Shown: positions 51,485 through 62,540, counted from the stretch's first letter. The stretch: 64,000 nt of DNA from an uncultured Pseudobdellovibrionaceae bacterium (GCA_964400355.1 CAYNTO010000011.1:8992-72991), one strand, 5' to 3'. The notes: a model not told the origin generated them from the letters alone. Translations and numbers: made by a program.

Positions 51485-54443
51485 AGATGCTGGCGGGTGG
51501 TTCCTCGGGGGCAAAGCCTCGGCGCATGGTGTTTTCGGTGGTCACTTTGGGATCCATGAACTGGATAAGGTAGTCGGGACCACCGGTTTTGCTGCCGCCG
51601 CCGGAGAGTTTAAAACCCCCAAACGGATGGCGATACACCAGTGCCCCGGTCGAACCGCGGTTGATGTAGAGATTGCCCACATTGAATTGTTTTTTCACCG
51701 TTTCGATGTTTGCTGGACTGCGCGAGTAAAAGGCGCCAGTGAGAGCAAAATCAGTGTCGTTGGCAAAGTCCAATGCTTGCTCCAAGTTCTTAGCTTTTAT
51801 TACCGATAGCACCGGGCCAAAAATTTCTTCCTGCGCCAGGCGGGACTTCGGTTCCACATTTGTAAAGATCGTCGGTGGAACGAAAAAGCCTCGTGCGAAC
51901 TTGGTCTCGCCCTGAAAGGCTAGGGTGGCGCCTTCGCCTTTTCCAATTTCGATGTATTGAAGTATGCGCGTGTACGCCTCTTTGTCGATCACCGGCCCCA
52001 TAAACGTGTGAGGATCTTCGGAAACTCCGATGGCGATAGAGCGCGCTGATTCTATCAAGCGATCCACAAAACGGTCGTAGGAATCTGCCAAAACAATCAC
52101 TCGACTACATGCGGAACATTTTTGTCCCTGGAAACCAAATGCTGAGTAAAGAACGCCATAAACTGCTTCGTCCAGATCCGCGTCGTTGTCGATGATAATA
52201 GCGTTTTTACCGCCGAGTTCGGTGATGGCGCGTTTGATGTGTTTTTGCCCCAACTGCGGAATGCTGGCCTTTTGCAAAATGCGCAAACCCACATCTTTAG
52301 AACCGGTAAAGCAGATCATGGCGGTAGCGGCGTGGTTCACCATGTATTCACCCACCACTTCGCCTTTGCCGAGAATCATGTGTAGGACGCCTTTAGGTAA
52401 ACCCGCTTCGATAAAGGCCTTCATCAGATACGTTGCAGTTATTGTTGTCTGCTCGGCGGGTTTCATCACAACGGTGTTGCCGGTGACCAGCGAAGCTCCA
52501 ACCATTCCGGTGAGAATCGCCAGCGGAAAATTCCACGGCGCTATCACCACGTTTACGCCGCGCCCTTGGTAGCTGTACAAGCTCACTTCTCCGGGAGCGT
52601 CGCCCACTTTGCGGGGAACCGCGAGCTTGCGCATTTCTTTAGCGTAAAAACGCAAAAAATCCACGGCTTCTGAAACATCGCCGTCGGCCTCTTTCCATGT
52701 TTTGCCAGCTTCGAGAACTTGGCAGGCGGCGATGTCGAATTTATCGCGGTCCAGTATGTCTGCAGCGCGCTCCAAATATTGAGCGCGATCATCCGCACTG
52801 ACAGCGCACCACGCGGGGAAATTTTTATGAGCGGCAGTCATCGCGGCCTCGGCCTGTTCAACGGTGCAATTGGTTATTTGGCCAATCACGTCCTCGGTGG
52901 ACGGGTTTTGAACAGGAAGCCAATCGTTAGACGTTGCCCATGTGCCGTCCACGTAGGCCGACCATTTTTTGTCGAAGTTTGACGTTTTAAATTTTTGCAA
53001 TGCCGCAGCCATTTTGTCGCGATCGGCTTTGCGAGAAAAATCCGCGGGAGAATGATTGGAAAAGTACATTTCCTTTTTCTCAAACGGTCGAGCACTGGCG
53101 ACTTTAGTGCGCGGGTCCGCGAGAAGCGCGCTATCGGATGCATTGTCGGCAAATTTCGATTTTAAGAATGAATCATTTGAGGTGTTTTCAAGTAGGCGTC
53201 GCACCAAGTACGACATCCCCGGAAGCATTTCACCGACCGGGCAATACTCGCGAAGACGATAACCTTTAGAGACGATGGAGCGTTTAAATGGCTCGGCCAT
53301 TCCATAAAGCATTTGGATCTCGAAGGCGTTTTTCGGTAAACCTTTTTGTTCGGCGTAGGCCATCGCAAAAGCGATGGAGCGCACGTTGTGGGAGCCAATC
53401 GCCAGGTTTAAGTGTTGAGCATTATCCAATAAAAACTTAATGCACTCCTCGTAATTCACATCCGACTCAGGCTTGCGGGTGTATACGGGAATCTCCCATC
53501 CTTTTTGTTGAGCGCCAATCGTCTCGTAATCCCAATAGGCGCCTTTCACAAGGCGCACGGAAAACGGTGTCTTTCGTGATTTTGCAAATGCGACCAAGTC
53601 TTTAACGTCGGCAAACGAATCGCGTAGATAGGCCTGTATCACTATTCCGAAGTGGGGATAGGTGCGAAAGGGCTCTTCCATCAAGAGCTGCTTAAAGGTC
53701 TCGATGGTGAGATCTTTAATGGCATATTTCTCCATATCGATGTTGATAAAAGTGTTGGTCTCCACAGCTTTTTGCAAAATCGGGCGCATGCGCTCTTTCA
53801 CCATGTCGATGCTGTGTTGGAAAGACTCCGGGTGGATCTGAGAATAGATGGCTGTGAGTTTTACCGACACATTCACCCGTGGAATTTGCCCGTTGGCATC
53901 GGTGTCCAGTTGCGCATCGAAATCCCAATTGCGGGTTTCCTTGTTCATCCAGTCGATGAGTTCCATGTAGCGGGCCTGGTAATCGAGTGCTTCGGTTTCG
54001 CTCAAGCATGCTTCGCCGAGAATATCCAAAGTGAATGTCATTTTTTGTTTGCGCGATTTTTTTAAGACGTCGATGGCATCTTTCGGCGATTCGCCAGTGA
54101 TAAACATTTTGGCCATCTGTGTGACGTTTTTTTTGATCGCACCGGCCATGAGGCCTGGAGCGAGTGAGCCTAAACCCAAGCCAAAGTTAAATACCGATGG
54201 CAACTGTTCTCCGCCCTCGGCGAAATACTCTTTGAGATGCTTTGCCACTTCGCCGCTCGACTGCAGTGTTGGCAGAACATCCACAAAACGGAACATCTGC
54301 GTTTTGAACGCTGGATTTTGCATACTCCAATCCATGATTTTTCCATACCACCAGTCTTTGTTAAATATCGACTGGTTGTCGCCGCTGGAAAGGGAATTGA
54401 AAATGTCTTTACCTTTGGCTTCGATTTGCGGTTGAAGATCCAT
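51483..54443 (-). CDS. putA: bifunctional proline dehydrogenase / L-glutamate-gamma-semialdehyde dehydrogenase (PutA, no DNA-binding domain)
   Basis: The PRODH part has 'MFRFVDVLP'. The ALDH part has 'ELGGKNAIIID' and 'FGFQGQKCSACSR'. ATG 54443 is preferred over TTG 54515. Confidence 0.9.
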   Translation of the reverse strand: MDLQPQIEAKGKDIFNSLSSGDNQSIFNKDWWYGKIMDWSMQNPAFKTQMFRFVDVLPTLQSSGEVAKHLKEYFAEGGEQLPSVFNFGLGLGSLAPGLMAGAIKKNVTQMAKMFITGESPKDAIDVLKKSRKQKMTFTLDILGEACLSETEALDYQARYMELIDWMNKETRNWDFDAQLDTDANGQIPRVNVSVKLTAIYSQIHPESFQHSIDMVKERMRPILQKAVETNTFINIDMEKYAIKDLTIETFKQLLMEEPFRTYPHFGIVIQAYLRDSFADVKDLVAFAKSRKTPFSVRLVKGAYWDYETIGAQQKGWEIPVYTRKPESDVNYEECIKFLLDNAQHLNLAIGSHNVRSIAFAMAYAEQKGLPKNAFEIQMLYGMAEPFKRSIVSKGYRLREYCPVGEMLPGMSYLVRRLLENTSNDSFLKSKFADNASDSALLADPRTKVASARPFEKKEMYFSNHSPADFSRKADRDKMAAALQKFKTSNFDKKWSAYVDGTWATSNDWLPVQNPSTEDVIGQITNCTVEQAEAAMTAAHKNFPAWCAVSADDRAQYLERAADILDRDKFDIAACQVLEAGKTWKEADGDVSEAVDFLRFYAKEMRKLAVPRKVGDAPGEVSLYSYQGRGVNVVIAPWNFPLAILTGMVGASLVTGNTVVMKPAEQTTITATYLMKAFIEAGLPKGVLHMILGKGEVVGEYMVNHAATAMICFTGSKDVGLRILQKASIPQLGQKHIKRAITELGGKNAIIIDNDADLDEAVYGVLYSAFGFQGQKCSACSRVIVLADSYDRFVDRLIESARSIAIGVSEDPHTFMGPVIDKEAYTRILQYIEIGKGEGATLAFQGETKFARGFFVPPTIFTNVEPKSRLAQEEIFGPVLSVIKAKNLEQALDFANDTDFALTGAFYSRSPANIETVKKQFNVGNLYINRGSTGALVYRHPFGGFKLSGGGSKTGGPDYLIQFMDPKVTTENTMRRGFAPEEPPASI

Positions 54444-54578
54444 GTGTTCTCCCAGGTGCCCAAGAGCGGGCGGCAGTGATTCTTTGTAGGCGAAATATCG
54501 TACAACTTGATGCAAAAGAAAAGGTTCTATGACCCGGTTGACGAGGCACGTTGATAGGGGCGCCCCTATTAGATCCGT

Positions 54579-55034
54579 TTAGGAGATAAAATTCCATTGG
54601 CTATTGGCGTACTCAAACACTTTGAACTCGGCACAGCCAAAAAAAGAATAGGGGGCAAAAACCTGTTGGGGGCCTTCGAGGAGCAAAACCGCATGCTGCA
54701 ACCAATCGGAGTGGCTGCACACGAGAACTGTTTGGGGTTCGGAGCGCGGGAGGGAATCGAGAAACCGCGATATACGGCGGGTGAAATCGCTGGGGGCTTC
54801 GATCTGGCGCATCTGATCCACTTCGTTGGTGATTTCCACCGCAGTGCCAGCCGCTTTGACCAGTGGTTCGATAGTTTGGAGCGCGCGGCGTTTGGGAGAG
54901 CAGTAAATGCGTTCGATGCCTGCAAACTCTTTGGCGTGTGCTAGAGCGAGAGCCTGCTCCAACCCCTTAGGGGAGAGAGGAACATCGCTGAATCCTGGGC
55001 TGCGGTCGCCGTGGCGAAGAAGTATCAATTTCAT
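54579..55034 (-). CDS. histidine phosphatase family protein (SixA/PGM-like)
   Basis: 'MKLILLRHGDRSP' RHG motif, 'VLVCSHSDW' and 151 aa. Confidence 0.65.
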   Translation of the reverse strand: MKLILLRHGDRSPGFSDVPLSPKGLEQALALAHAKEFAGIERIYCSPKRRALQTIEPLVKAAGTAVEITNEVDQMRQIEAPSDFTRRISRFLDSLPRSEPQTVLVCSHSDWLQHAVLLLEGPQQVFAPYSFFGCAEFKVFEYANSQWNFIS

Positions 55035-55162
55035 AATTCCAACAATTTTTTATAGGCGCACTAACTGGAGAATGATAAACTAGGGTTAATTTATAATAAA
55101 GCAATTAACCTGCGTTATCAAAAAATTCTCTTGCGGTAATTAATGAAAACCCGACAAGATAA

Positions 55163-56086
55163 ATGAAATCTCATCAACTGGAGTTGGCGCACATCATGGG
55201 CACATCGAAAATGTTCAAGTTTCTCTCCGAAGATGGTTTTGTTCGCGCCTCTGCAGTTGTTTTTACCGATGTTCTCAATGACCTGCGCACGCTCCAGGAA
55301 ACATCCCCGTCGTCCACACTGGCGCTCGGACGGAGTATGGTCGGTGCCATTCTACTTGCTGCGCGCCTCAAGGACGAACAGGCCATTGCCATCCAGATCA
55401 AATGCGACGGGCCGTTAAAAATGGCGTTTGCTCAGGCGACGTACGAGGGTGGCGTGCGCGCTTATGTGGCGGAACCGCAGTTACCCATGTCTGTGAATCG
55501 CGGGAATTTATTTATCGCACCTCATGTGGGGCAGGGCACCCTGTCGGTGAGCACGTATTTGCAATCGGCGTCTCAACCGCAGGTGAGTCAGGTGCTGTTA
55601 CAAACGGGAGAGATCATCGAGGACATCGCTCATTACATTCGCACCTCGTTACAACTCCCATGCTTGATCAATTCGTCGATTCTGCTCGGCTCTGAGGGAA
55701 TTGTGACCAGCGCCGCGGGGCTCATGGTGGAAATGATGCCCGGACATAGCGAGGAGCACATCGCCCGTGTCGAGAGTTGCTTTAAAGCCATGGGGCCGCT
55801 CTCGGAGATGATGGGCGATGATGTTTCGGCCGAGGATATTCTGAAATTATTTTTTGTTGGCGTGCCGGGAAAAATTTGGCAACACCCCCATCCTATTCAT
55901 GTTTCTTGTTCCTGCAGCCGCGCAAAAGTGGTGGCGTCGATTCAGTTGCTAGGGGCGGATGAAATCAAAGATATGATTCAAAAGGACGAAGCGGTCGAGG
56001 TCAAATGTGAGATGTGCGGTCGCAAATATCTTATTCACAAACAAGAGCTCAAAGACGCCTATCAGTCTCTGATCAAATTGCATTGA
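55163..56086 (+). CDS. hslO: Hsp33-family redox-regulated chaperone
   Basis: It has the C-terminal zinc motifs 'CSCSR' and 'CEMCGRKY' and the typical ~290-300 aa length. The start may be an internal Met. Confidence 0.85.
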   Translation: MKSHQLELAHIMGTSKMFKFLSEDGFVRASAVVFTDVLNDLRTLQETSPSSTLALGRSMVGAILLAARLKDEQAIAIQIKCDGPLKMAFAQATYEGGVRAYVAEPQLPMSVNRGNLFIAPHVGQGTLSVSTYLQSASQPQVSQVLLQTGEIIEDIAHYIRTSLQLPCLINSSILLGSEGIVTSAAGLMVEMMPGHSEEHIARVESCFKAMGPLSEMMGDDVSAEDILKLFFVGVPGKIWQHPHPIHVSCSCSRAKVVASIQLLGADEIKDMIQKDEAVEVKCEMCGRKYLIHKQELKDAYQSLIKLH

Positions 56087-56205
56087 TCAATTTCGGCAAA
56101 AAATGCTCAAATTCTTCCTTCAATCCCACCGCTCGCTATAGAATTTACATTCGTAGATATGACTTTTGATAAGGCGCAGCGGATTCTGCTAATAAAAATA
56201 GCACT

Positions 56206-57045
56206 ATGCTGGTCCAACTGTCTAGACACCTTATATTTTTAGCTATTTTCAGTTTCGGGGGATCCGTCGCGCACGCCCAGGGCAACAGCTCTGGAACGAA
56301 CGTTAACCCCGAGCCTCAGGCCGTTGCCGAGAGCTCGGCCGCCACCTCTAATGACAACATTGAGCTCCTTTACGACATCTATGGTGAAAGCTATTCGGCC
56401 GTTCAGTACGACGGGTGGGTTCATCAAGCGCGACTGAGATTGCTGTATCCGTTTACTGAGGGCGCCTTTGTCTATTCCGGCGCGTACTGGAGCAATGATG
56501 CCACTGAAAATACCGGTGGACTCCGTTACGCCGATGATTTCGTATCTCCAGCCGCCGGCCTGCTCTACAAACCGTGGACGTTTCTGGGAATTTTTGCCGA
56601 GTATCGTCGACTGTTTCGCACCACAAGTAACGAACTTCCCGGAGCCGAACACGATCCGCGCTACGGCGTTTATGGGTACTATCTCTATGAATTGCCGGTT
56701 GTGGCGCGCCCGCATTTGGAGTTTTACGGCGAGTCTGTGGCACTTACACGATTCACCTCAAAACCCATCTCAACGGCGTGGCTCAAGCTCGGTAGCGAGC
56801 AGCACCTGCTTAAGGATCAGCTCACAGTCACTCCGTATCTAGAATATTTTTTAAGAGAGAGCCCAAACCTCATGATCGGTTTCGATGATCAGAGCTGGAG
56901 AATGGGCGCGAAGCTCAAGTACCGCTGGAAGTCCTATTCGGTGCAACTATTAACGTACCGTCGCTTTCATAGCGATCAGACGCCGCTCGGATGGGAAAGC
57001 CTTTTGGTGCTATCCGCCGATGGGTCGGTGGCTCCATGGAACTAA
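56206..57045 (+). CDS. hypothetical secreted aromatic-rich protein (possible outer-membrane component of the EPS operon)
   Basis: Signal peptide 'FSFGGSVAHAQG' and Tyr/Trp-rich beta-like segments. It overlaps the downstream GT start by 10 nt. Confidence 0.5.
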   Translation: MLVQLSRHLIFLAIFSFGGSVAHAQGNSSGTNVNPEPQAVAESSAATSNDNIELLYDIYGESYSAVQYDGWVHQARLRLLYPFTEGAFVYSGAYWSNDATENTGGLRYADDFVSPAAGLLYKPWTFLGIFAEYRRLFRTTSNELPGAEHDPRYGVYGYYLYELPVVARPHLEFYGESVALTRFTSKPISTAWLKLGSEQHLLKDQLTVTPYLEYFLRESPNLMIGFDDQSWRMGAKLKYRWKSYSVQLLTYRRFHSDQTPLGWESLLVLSADGSVAPWN

Positions 57046-58397
57046 CTGTGATTCTCTACATCCAAGCAGTGTTTGTCCTTATTGTCATCGCTCTGGCGAT
57101 TTTTAGCATTGATGATTTATTCATTGATCTATTTGCACTGTTCCACGGCGTTGGCCCTAAAAATATATCGATGCACGCTCTGCAAAGTGCCAGTGAAAAA
57201 AAGATCGCCATCATGATCGCCAACTGGCAAGAAGAGGATGTCCTGGAGCAAATGATCACGGGCAACAACGACTCGATCATTTATAACAATCATCACTTTT
57301 TTCTGGGCGTGTATCCCAACGATGTACGCACGCTCGATATCGCGCAAAATCTCTCCGCACGTTACGCCAATGTTCACGTTGTATTAAATTCCAAACATGG
57401 ACCCACTTCCAAGGGTCAGATGATGAACGAAATGATGGCGCAAATTCTTAAAAACGAAGATGCGCTCCAGTCTCCCTTTGATCTATTTGTAATCCATGAT
57501 TCAGAAGACATCATTCACCCGCTGTCGCTCAAGCTCTACAATAAGGAATCTGATGTTTTGGATTTTATCCAGATTCCTATTTTCTCGCTCGGCCGCCGAT
57601 TGAGTCAGTTCGTCGCGGGTACGTACATGGATGAGTTTTCCGAAACGCACACAAAAGAATTGCTCATTCGCCACAAATTGGGAGCCGCCATTCCGTCAGC
57701 GGGAGTGGGAACCTGCGTGAATCGTCGAGTGGTCGATGCCATGCTTATCGAAAACGATGGCTACTTTCTCCATCCTGATAGTCTCACCGAGGATTACATT
57801 TTGGGATTACAGACGCACCTCCTGGGATTTCGCTGCGGCTTTGTTTGTAAATCGGTAGTGGGGCTATCGGGTCGCGAACACATTATTGCCACGAAGGAGT
57901 TTTTCCCCGAAGGCTTTCATCAATCGATCCGTCAAAAAACGCGCTGGACAGTGGGTATTGTGTTTCAGGGCTGGCGTATTCTGGGATGGACCGATTCTTT
58001 GGTCGATAATTACTTTTTAATGCGCGATCGTCGCGGGCCCGTAAATTCCATGGTTACTTTGATAGCAATGTTGTGTTTGATCGGTGCTGTAGTTATGCCA
58101 AAAATTATCACAGATCTCTACACCACGCCCATTGCTTACATTCTTGTACTCAACCTGGTTGGCTTTACGATTCGCGCATTCCAACGCGTGCGCCATCACG
58201 GAATTGTGTATGCGACGTATCCCATCGCCATCATTTTTTTACGATGGCCCGTGGCGATCGTGATCAACGCGTTCTCATCGGTGCGCGCAGGTTACCAGTT
58301 TTATTTGTCGATATTTAAAGATCAAAAAATTGCTTGGTCGAAAACCAAGCACAAATTACCCAAAGATTTCGGTAAACCCGCACAGGAGACAGTATGA
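57036..58397 (+). CDS. NfrB-like family-2 glycosyltransferase (membrane-embedded polysaccharide synthase), lacking a C-terminal MshEN domain
   Basis: 'SIDDLFIDL', 'GVYPND', 'GPTSKG', 'HDSEDIIHP', 'YMDEFSETH', 'IPSAGVGTC', 'SLTEDY', 'IRQKTRWTVGIVFQG' and 'NYFLMRDRRG' are collinear with E. coli NfrB as I recall it. There are TM segments at both ends. Confidence 0.75.
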   Translation: MELTVILYIQAVFVLIVIALAIFSIDDLFIDLFALFHGVGPKNISMHALQSASEKKIAIMIANWQEEDVLEQMITGNNDSIIYNNHHFFLGVYPNDVRTLDIAQNLSARYANVHVVLNSKHGPTSKGQMMNEMMAQILKNEDALQSPFDLFVIHDSEDIIHPLSLKLYNKESDVLDFIQIPIFSLGRRLSQFVAGTYMDEFSETHTKELLIRHKLGAAIPSAGVGTCVNRRVVDAMLIENDGYFLHPDSLTEDYILGLQTHLLGFRCGFVCKSVVGLSGREHIIATKEFFPEGFHQSIRQKTRWTVGIVFQGWRILGWTDSLVDNYFLMRDRRGPVNSMVTLIAMLCLIGAVVMPKIITDLYTTPIAYILVLNLVGFTIRAFQRVRHHGIVYATYPIAIIFLRWPVAIVINAFSSVRAGYQFYLSIFKDQKIAWSKTKHKLPKDFGKPAQETV

Positions 58398-59680
58398 AAT
58401 TCCTAACACCCATAACCACTTGGCTCTTCGCTACACTTTGCTTTGTCTCAGTGAGCGTGTCGTCTACCGCGCAAGCAATGTACAAAGGTTTTAACCTGAC
58501 CGAGTATGAAGGCTTTCAGTACGATGCTGCTCCTGACAAAAAGAGTGACGCGCAAATTGCAGTAGATCGTGTAAAAGCGCTGGGTGTAAACCACATCGAA
58601 CTCAATATTCGCGCCAAAATGATCGGTCCCAATTCCAACGAAATCATTCCAGCCACTCCGGCCACTGACAGCGCAAACGAGCTCAAACGCATCGTGCGGT
58701 TGATGAACTATATCCACTCGCAGAACATGACCGTGGGCTTGCGCCCGATATTTTTTGTGGTGGGGCCGAGTGGCGAATTTCCGTATATCGTAAAAACAGA
58801 AAAAGGCGAGAAGACCTGGTGGCACGGCAACATTCAACCGAGCAATCCGACCAATTGGTTTTTGAGCTTTCAAAACTATCTCGATCGTTACGCTCTCGCT
58901 GCCAAACTTGGCAAAGCCGACACGTTCACCATCGGTGCCGAGCTGTACAGCATGACTGTTGGAGTAGAGGATCAGTGGTTGGAATTTCCATATGGGTTTC
59001 CGAACAACTGGCTTTCGCTCCTGCGCTATTTTAAAAACAAACTGGGTTCAACCACCAAGATTGCCTACGATATTAATTTTACCGATGATTCCAATGCCGA
59101 CGTGAGTGGTATTCTCAAATCTGGAGGCGAACTTGAGCGCTGGCGCTACCGCTTGGTGGACCTTGCCGATCCACAAGACTCGGCCGAAAAACAAACATGG
59201 CAGGATCTTGTTCAGTTCTGGAAAGAACTCGATCTGGTGGGCATAGATATGTACCGATCCTTGGCCTACAGTACGGACGCCATTCCCGAAGACTTCGACG
59301 CACTTGTGGCACACCTTATGAAGCGCTCAGACTCCTATGCCCAACAGCTCGATACCACTCTGCTCGAGATTGGTCTCACACTCGATGTGGAAAAAGAAAT
59401 CGTGTTCAAAGAAATCGGTTTCCGCAGCGTGGACCGCGCCTTTATTGATCCGTTCAATTATACCACCGCTGCGGGCGCCTACAATGAGATGCACCAGGCT
59501 GCCGGTTACAAAGCGATTTTCGAATCTTTTATGGCCAAAGGCTTTAGTTGGTTTAAGGGCATTAATTTTTGGGATATCCCCATTGATCCAAAAGCTCACG
59601 GGCCGAACGACCTGGGATTTAGCCCACTCGATAAACCACTCACCGAGCAACAGATCAAAAACTATTTTGGAGCACCCTAA
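58394..59680 (+). CDS. secreted TIM-barrel glycoside-hydrolase-like protein (GH5/GH113-like, tentative)
   Basis: It has a signal peptide and overlaps the GT by ATGA. 'GVNHIELN', 'TIGAELYSM' and 'FKEIGFRS' resemble clan GH-A strand-4/strand-7 Glu contexts. Confidence 0.4.
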   Translation: MKFLTPITTWLFATLCFVSVSVSSTAQAMYKGFNLTEYEGFQYDAAPDKKSDAQIAVDRVKALGVNHIELNIRAKMIGPNSNEIIPATPATDSANELKRIVRLMNYIHSQNMTVGLRPIFFVVGPSGEFPYIVKTEKGEKTWWHGNIQPSNPTNWFLSFQNYLDRYALAAKLGKADTFTIGAELYSMTVGVEDQWLEFPYGFPNNWLSLLRYFKNKLGSTTKIAYDINFTDDSNADVSGILKSGGELERWRYRLVDLADPQDSAEKQTWQDLVQFWKELDLVGIDMYRSLAYSTDAIPEDFDALVAHLMKRSDSYAQQLDTTLLEIGLTLDVEKEIVFKEIGFRSVDRAFIDPFNYTTAAGAYNEMHQAAGYKAIFESFMAKGFSWFKGINFWDIPIDPKAHGPNDLGFSPLDKPLTEQQIKNYFGAP

Positions 59681-59683
59681 ATA

Positions 59684-60736
59684 ATGATTTTAGCGGTTTA
59701 TCTTTTTATTTTGCACTTTACTCCCGGTGCGGTTGCGCAGTTGATACCACCCGACGTGGGTGCCTATCATGGCGCCTATGCGGATTTTGGTCCCATGGCG
59801 AGTGCGGTGAGCGCAGAGAAAATTAGAGAGTTTGAGGCCAGCGCGCAGAAAAAGGTAGCGTGGGCCTATTTTGCCAATGACTGGCTCGACGGTGTTATCG
59901 AATATCCGGAACAGAATGTATCGGAGTGTATCAAAGCCAATGTGATTCCCTATATTCGCCTCATGCCGTGGACCGAAGCGCAAACCAAAGCCACCCAAAA
60001 AGATCCGTACCTAAATATGGATAAGATTCTGAGCGGCGAGCACGATTTCGCTCTCAAGGTTTACGCACGAAAGGTAAAAACAGCTGGCGTGCACTTCATG
60101 CTCGAGTTTGGCCCCGAAGTGAACGGCGACTGGTTCCCGTGGAACGGCAAATGGAACGGTGGTGGCTCCAAAGATAAATATGGGGATCCTGAATGGCCGG
60201 ATGGTCCCGAGAAGTTCCGCAATGCTTTTCGCCACATCGTTGATATTTTTCGCGCTGAGGGTGCCAAAAATATAACGTGGATTCTTCATCTCGATACAGC
60301 GGCGTCACCGAATGTCGCCTGGAACGATGCTAAGTACTATTACGCCGGCGACGATTATGTGGACTGGATTGGTCTCTCCGTGTTTGGCGCGCAACTGCCC
60401 AATCATGAGTGGCTGCAATTTATTTCCAAAATGAAAAACTTTGAGAAGCAACTCGATGCCATCAGCACCACCAAACCCGTGTTGATTTCGGAATTCGCTG
60501 TTATCGAAGACAAAAATGACCCCGAACGCAAGGCCAAATGGATCAAGCAGGCTTTGCAATCTATTGAAAAAGGTTTGTTCAAACGCATTAAGGGTATCAA
60601 CTACTGGAATAGCCCGGGCTGGCTTGAAAACCAAAAAGCCAGTTTCAAAATCGATACGTCCGCTCAAGCTCTTAAGGCTTACCGCGACGGAGTTGCCAGT
60701 GATTTTTGGAAGACCGAAGGGGTTGTGAATGAGTAA
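59684..60736 (+). CDS. GH26-like glycoside hydrolase (beta-mannanase family fold)
   Basis: 'MLEFGPEVNGDWFPWNG' (GH26 'E.NG.WF.W') and 'PVLISEFAV' (nucleophile context). Signal peptide present. Confidence 0.55.
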   Translation: MILAVYLFILHFTPGAVAQLIPPDVGAYHGAYADFGPMASAVSAEKIREFEASAQKKVAWAYFANDWLDGVIEYPEQNVSECIKANVIPYIRLMPWTEAQTKATQKDPYLNMDKILSGEHDFALKVYARKVKTAGVHFMLEFGPEVNGDWFPWNGKWNGGGSKDKYGDPEWPDGPEKFRNAFRHIVDIFRAEGAKNITWILHLDTAASPNVAWNDAKYYYAGDDYVDWIGLSVFGAQLPNHEWLQFISKMKNFEKQLDAISTTKPVLISEFAVIEDKNDPERKAKWIKQALQSIEKGLFKRIKGINYWNSPGWLENQKASFKIDTSAQALKAYRDGVASDFWKTEGVVNE

Positions 60737-62540
60737 CTGTAGTCGAGCATTAAACATTTTAGTATGCGGATTTTTAATCGCGGGGTTTACTCCCGTGCGT
60801 GCCGACATTGCCGCGCCAAAAGTTGCGCGATTCAAGCAACCCTGTGTGAACATATATTTTGATAAATCCAAGGAAAAAACCTATCGTCTCGGAAAAACCT
60901 ACAGCATTTACCTGCAAAACCTCATGGGCCATTTCCCGGAGTTTCAACAAATCATCTCGCCGGTGGAGCAATACCGCGCTGGCGACATTGAAAAATGTGT
61001 GGCCACTTTTTACATTGGCTCTTACTTTGACAATTTGATCCCTGATGCGTTTATTCAAGATTACAAAAAGACGAAGAAGAACTTTGCCTGGATTGGGTAC
61101 AACATTTGGAAGGTCGAAAAGGAATTTCTCGAACAAACGTTTGGATACCAGTACAGCCATCTCACCACGCTGGATACGACGAAACTCGATGAAAAGAATC
61201 GTCCAACGTTTTTTCGCTATGTGGATTACAAGGGTGAGCGGTTCGAAAAATTTGGCGCCTTTGTTGGCCCCCAGCAGGAATTTCGTGCGGGCTTCGAGAT
61301 GGTGGCCTTTGAAAAAGCGCAGAATGCTGCAAATGTTGCCAATGTTCTCGCTGTCGCATCTCACAATGGGCACCAAGAGACGCTGCCATACATTTTGCAG
61401 AGTGGTAACCAATTTTACATCGCCGATGTTCCGTTTAGTTTTATTCATGAATCGGATCGTTACTTGGTGTTCGCGGACGTGTTGTTTGACATCTTGAACG
61501 CTAAACCTCGACACAAAAAGCGCAACGCCATCATCCGCATCGAGGATGTGCATCCACTGAGTCCGCTACCGGAGCTCTACAAAATTGCCCAAGTGTTTGC
61601 GCAGGAGAAAGTGCCGTTACATATCTCCATCGTGCCGGTGTTTTTTGACCCGCTCTACAAATTTGATCGCCCTCCCAAGCAAGAGTTTGTGCCGATGACC
61701 CACGAAGCGGGCTTTATGAGCTTTCTCGAGTCGCTCAAAAAACAGGAGGCTGAATACATCTGGCACGGTACGACTCATCAATACGGCCGCGTGGCCAACC
61801 CACATACCGGCTACTCCACAGATGACTTCGAATTTTGGGATGCAGTTAGAAATGCCCCTCTCGTTGAAGACAGTGTGGGTTATGTTTTGAACCGACTTGA
61901 TTTTGGATTTGAGTACCTTAAGGCCGCAGGCATAGAGCCATCGGTTTGGCTCACTCCACACTATCAAGCCTCAGCGCTCGACAGTGTGATATTTGGCCGC
62001 GCGTTTCCATGGGGTATCGGTCGCGCTATTTATTTTGAACACACAGTGGAGGGGTTGCCGGCAAAAACCAATTGGGACACGCTTCACTATGCGAGCGCCA
62101 ACAGTGCAGCCGAACGCAACTCGTACTTTAAAGATTTAAAGGTGAAAACGACAGGGGTTTGGAGTGGGCAGCTCTATCCTTACGAGATCTACGGGGATTA
62201 TTACGGGCAGCGCCTACTTCCCGAAATTCTCGGCAACCCTCAGCCGTTTGAAAATGCGCACGTGGTACAGCCGCGCACGATGAAAGAGATCGTGGCGGAT
62301 GCCAAACGCAACTTGGTATTGCGAGATACATGGGCGTCGCTGTTCTTCCATCCCTACTTACTAACGGACTTGTACAACGACGGTATCGGCGCGTTTCCCG
62401 GCGACAGCGCACCGCTTGTCGGACTCATTCGCGAGCTCAAAGGCTTAGGCTATGAGTTCATTAGTGCTCAACAATTTATCGAAAATAATGACCGCCGCCG
62501 ACCCGAACCTATTTACGTGAACGAAGGAGATACTCCATGA
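60729..62540 (+). CDS. DUF2334 (polysaccharide-deacetylase-like) domain protein with N-terminal unknown domain
   Basis: 'AIIRIEDVHPLSP...VPLHISIVPVF' is DUF2334-like. It has a signal peptide and overlaps the upstream gene by 8 nt. Confidence 0.5.
   Translation: MSNCSRALNILVCGFLIAGFTPVRADIAAPKVARFKQPCVNIYFDKSKEKTYRLGKTYSIYLQNLMGHFPEFQQIISPVEQYRAGDIEKCVATFYIGSYFDNLIPDAFIQDYKKTKKNFAWIGYNIWKVEKEFLEQTFGYQYSHLTTLDTTKLDEKNRPTFFRYVDYKGERFEKFGAFVGPQQEFRAGFEMVAFEKAQNAANVANVLAVASHNGHQETLPYILQSGNQFYIADVPFSFIHESDRYLVFADVLFDILNAKPRHKKRNAIIRIEDVHPLSPLPELYKIAQVFAQEKVPLHISIVPVFFDPLYKFDRPPKQEFVPMTHEAGFMSFLESLKKQEAEYIWHGTTHQYGRVANPHTGYSTDDFEFWDAVRNAPLVEDSVGYVLNRLDFGFEYLKAAGIEPSVWLTPHYQASALDSVIFGRAFPWGIGRAIYFEHTVEGLPAKTNWDTLHYASANSAAERNSYFKDLKVKTTGVWSGQLYPYEIYGDYYGQRLLPEILGNPQPFENAHVVQPRTMKEIVADAKRNLVLRDTWASLFFHPYLLTDLYNDGIGAFPGDSAPLVGLIRELKGLGYEFISAQQFIENNDRRRPEPIYVNEGDTP

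Noticed and set aside
60774-61553. 259-aa minus-strand ORF (also 60305-60871 minus)
   Set aside because: It is antisense to the tightly coupled plus-strand operon genes (GH26-like, DUF2334-like) and has no independent support.
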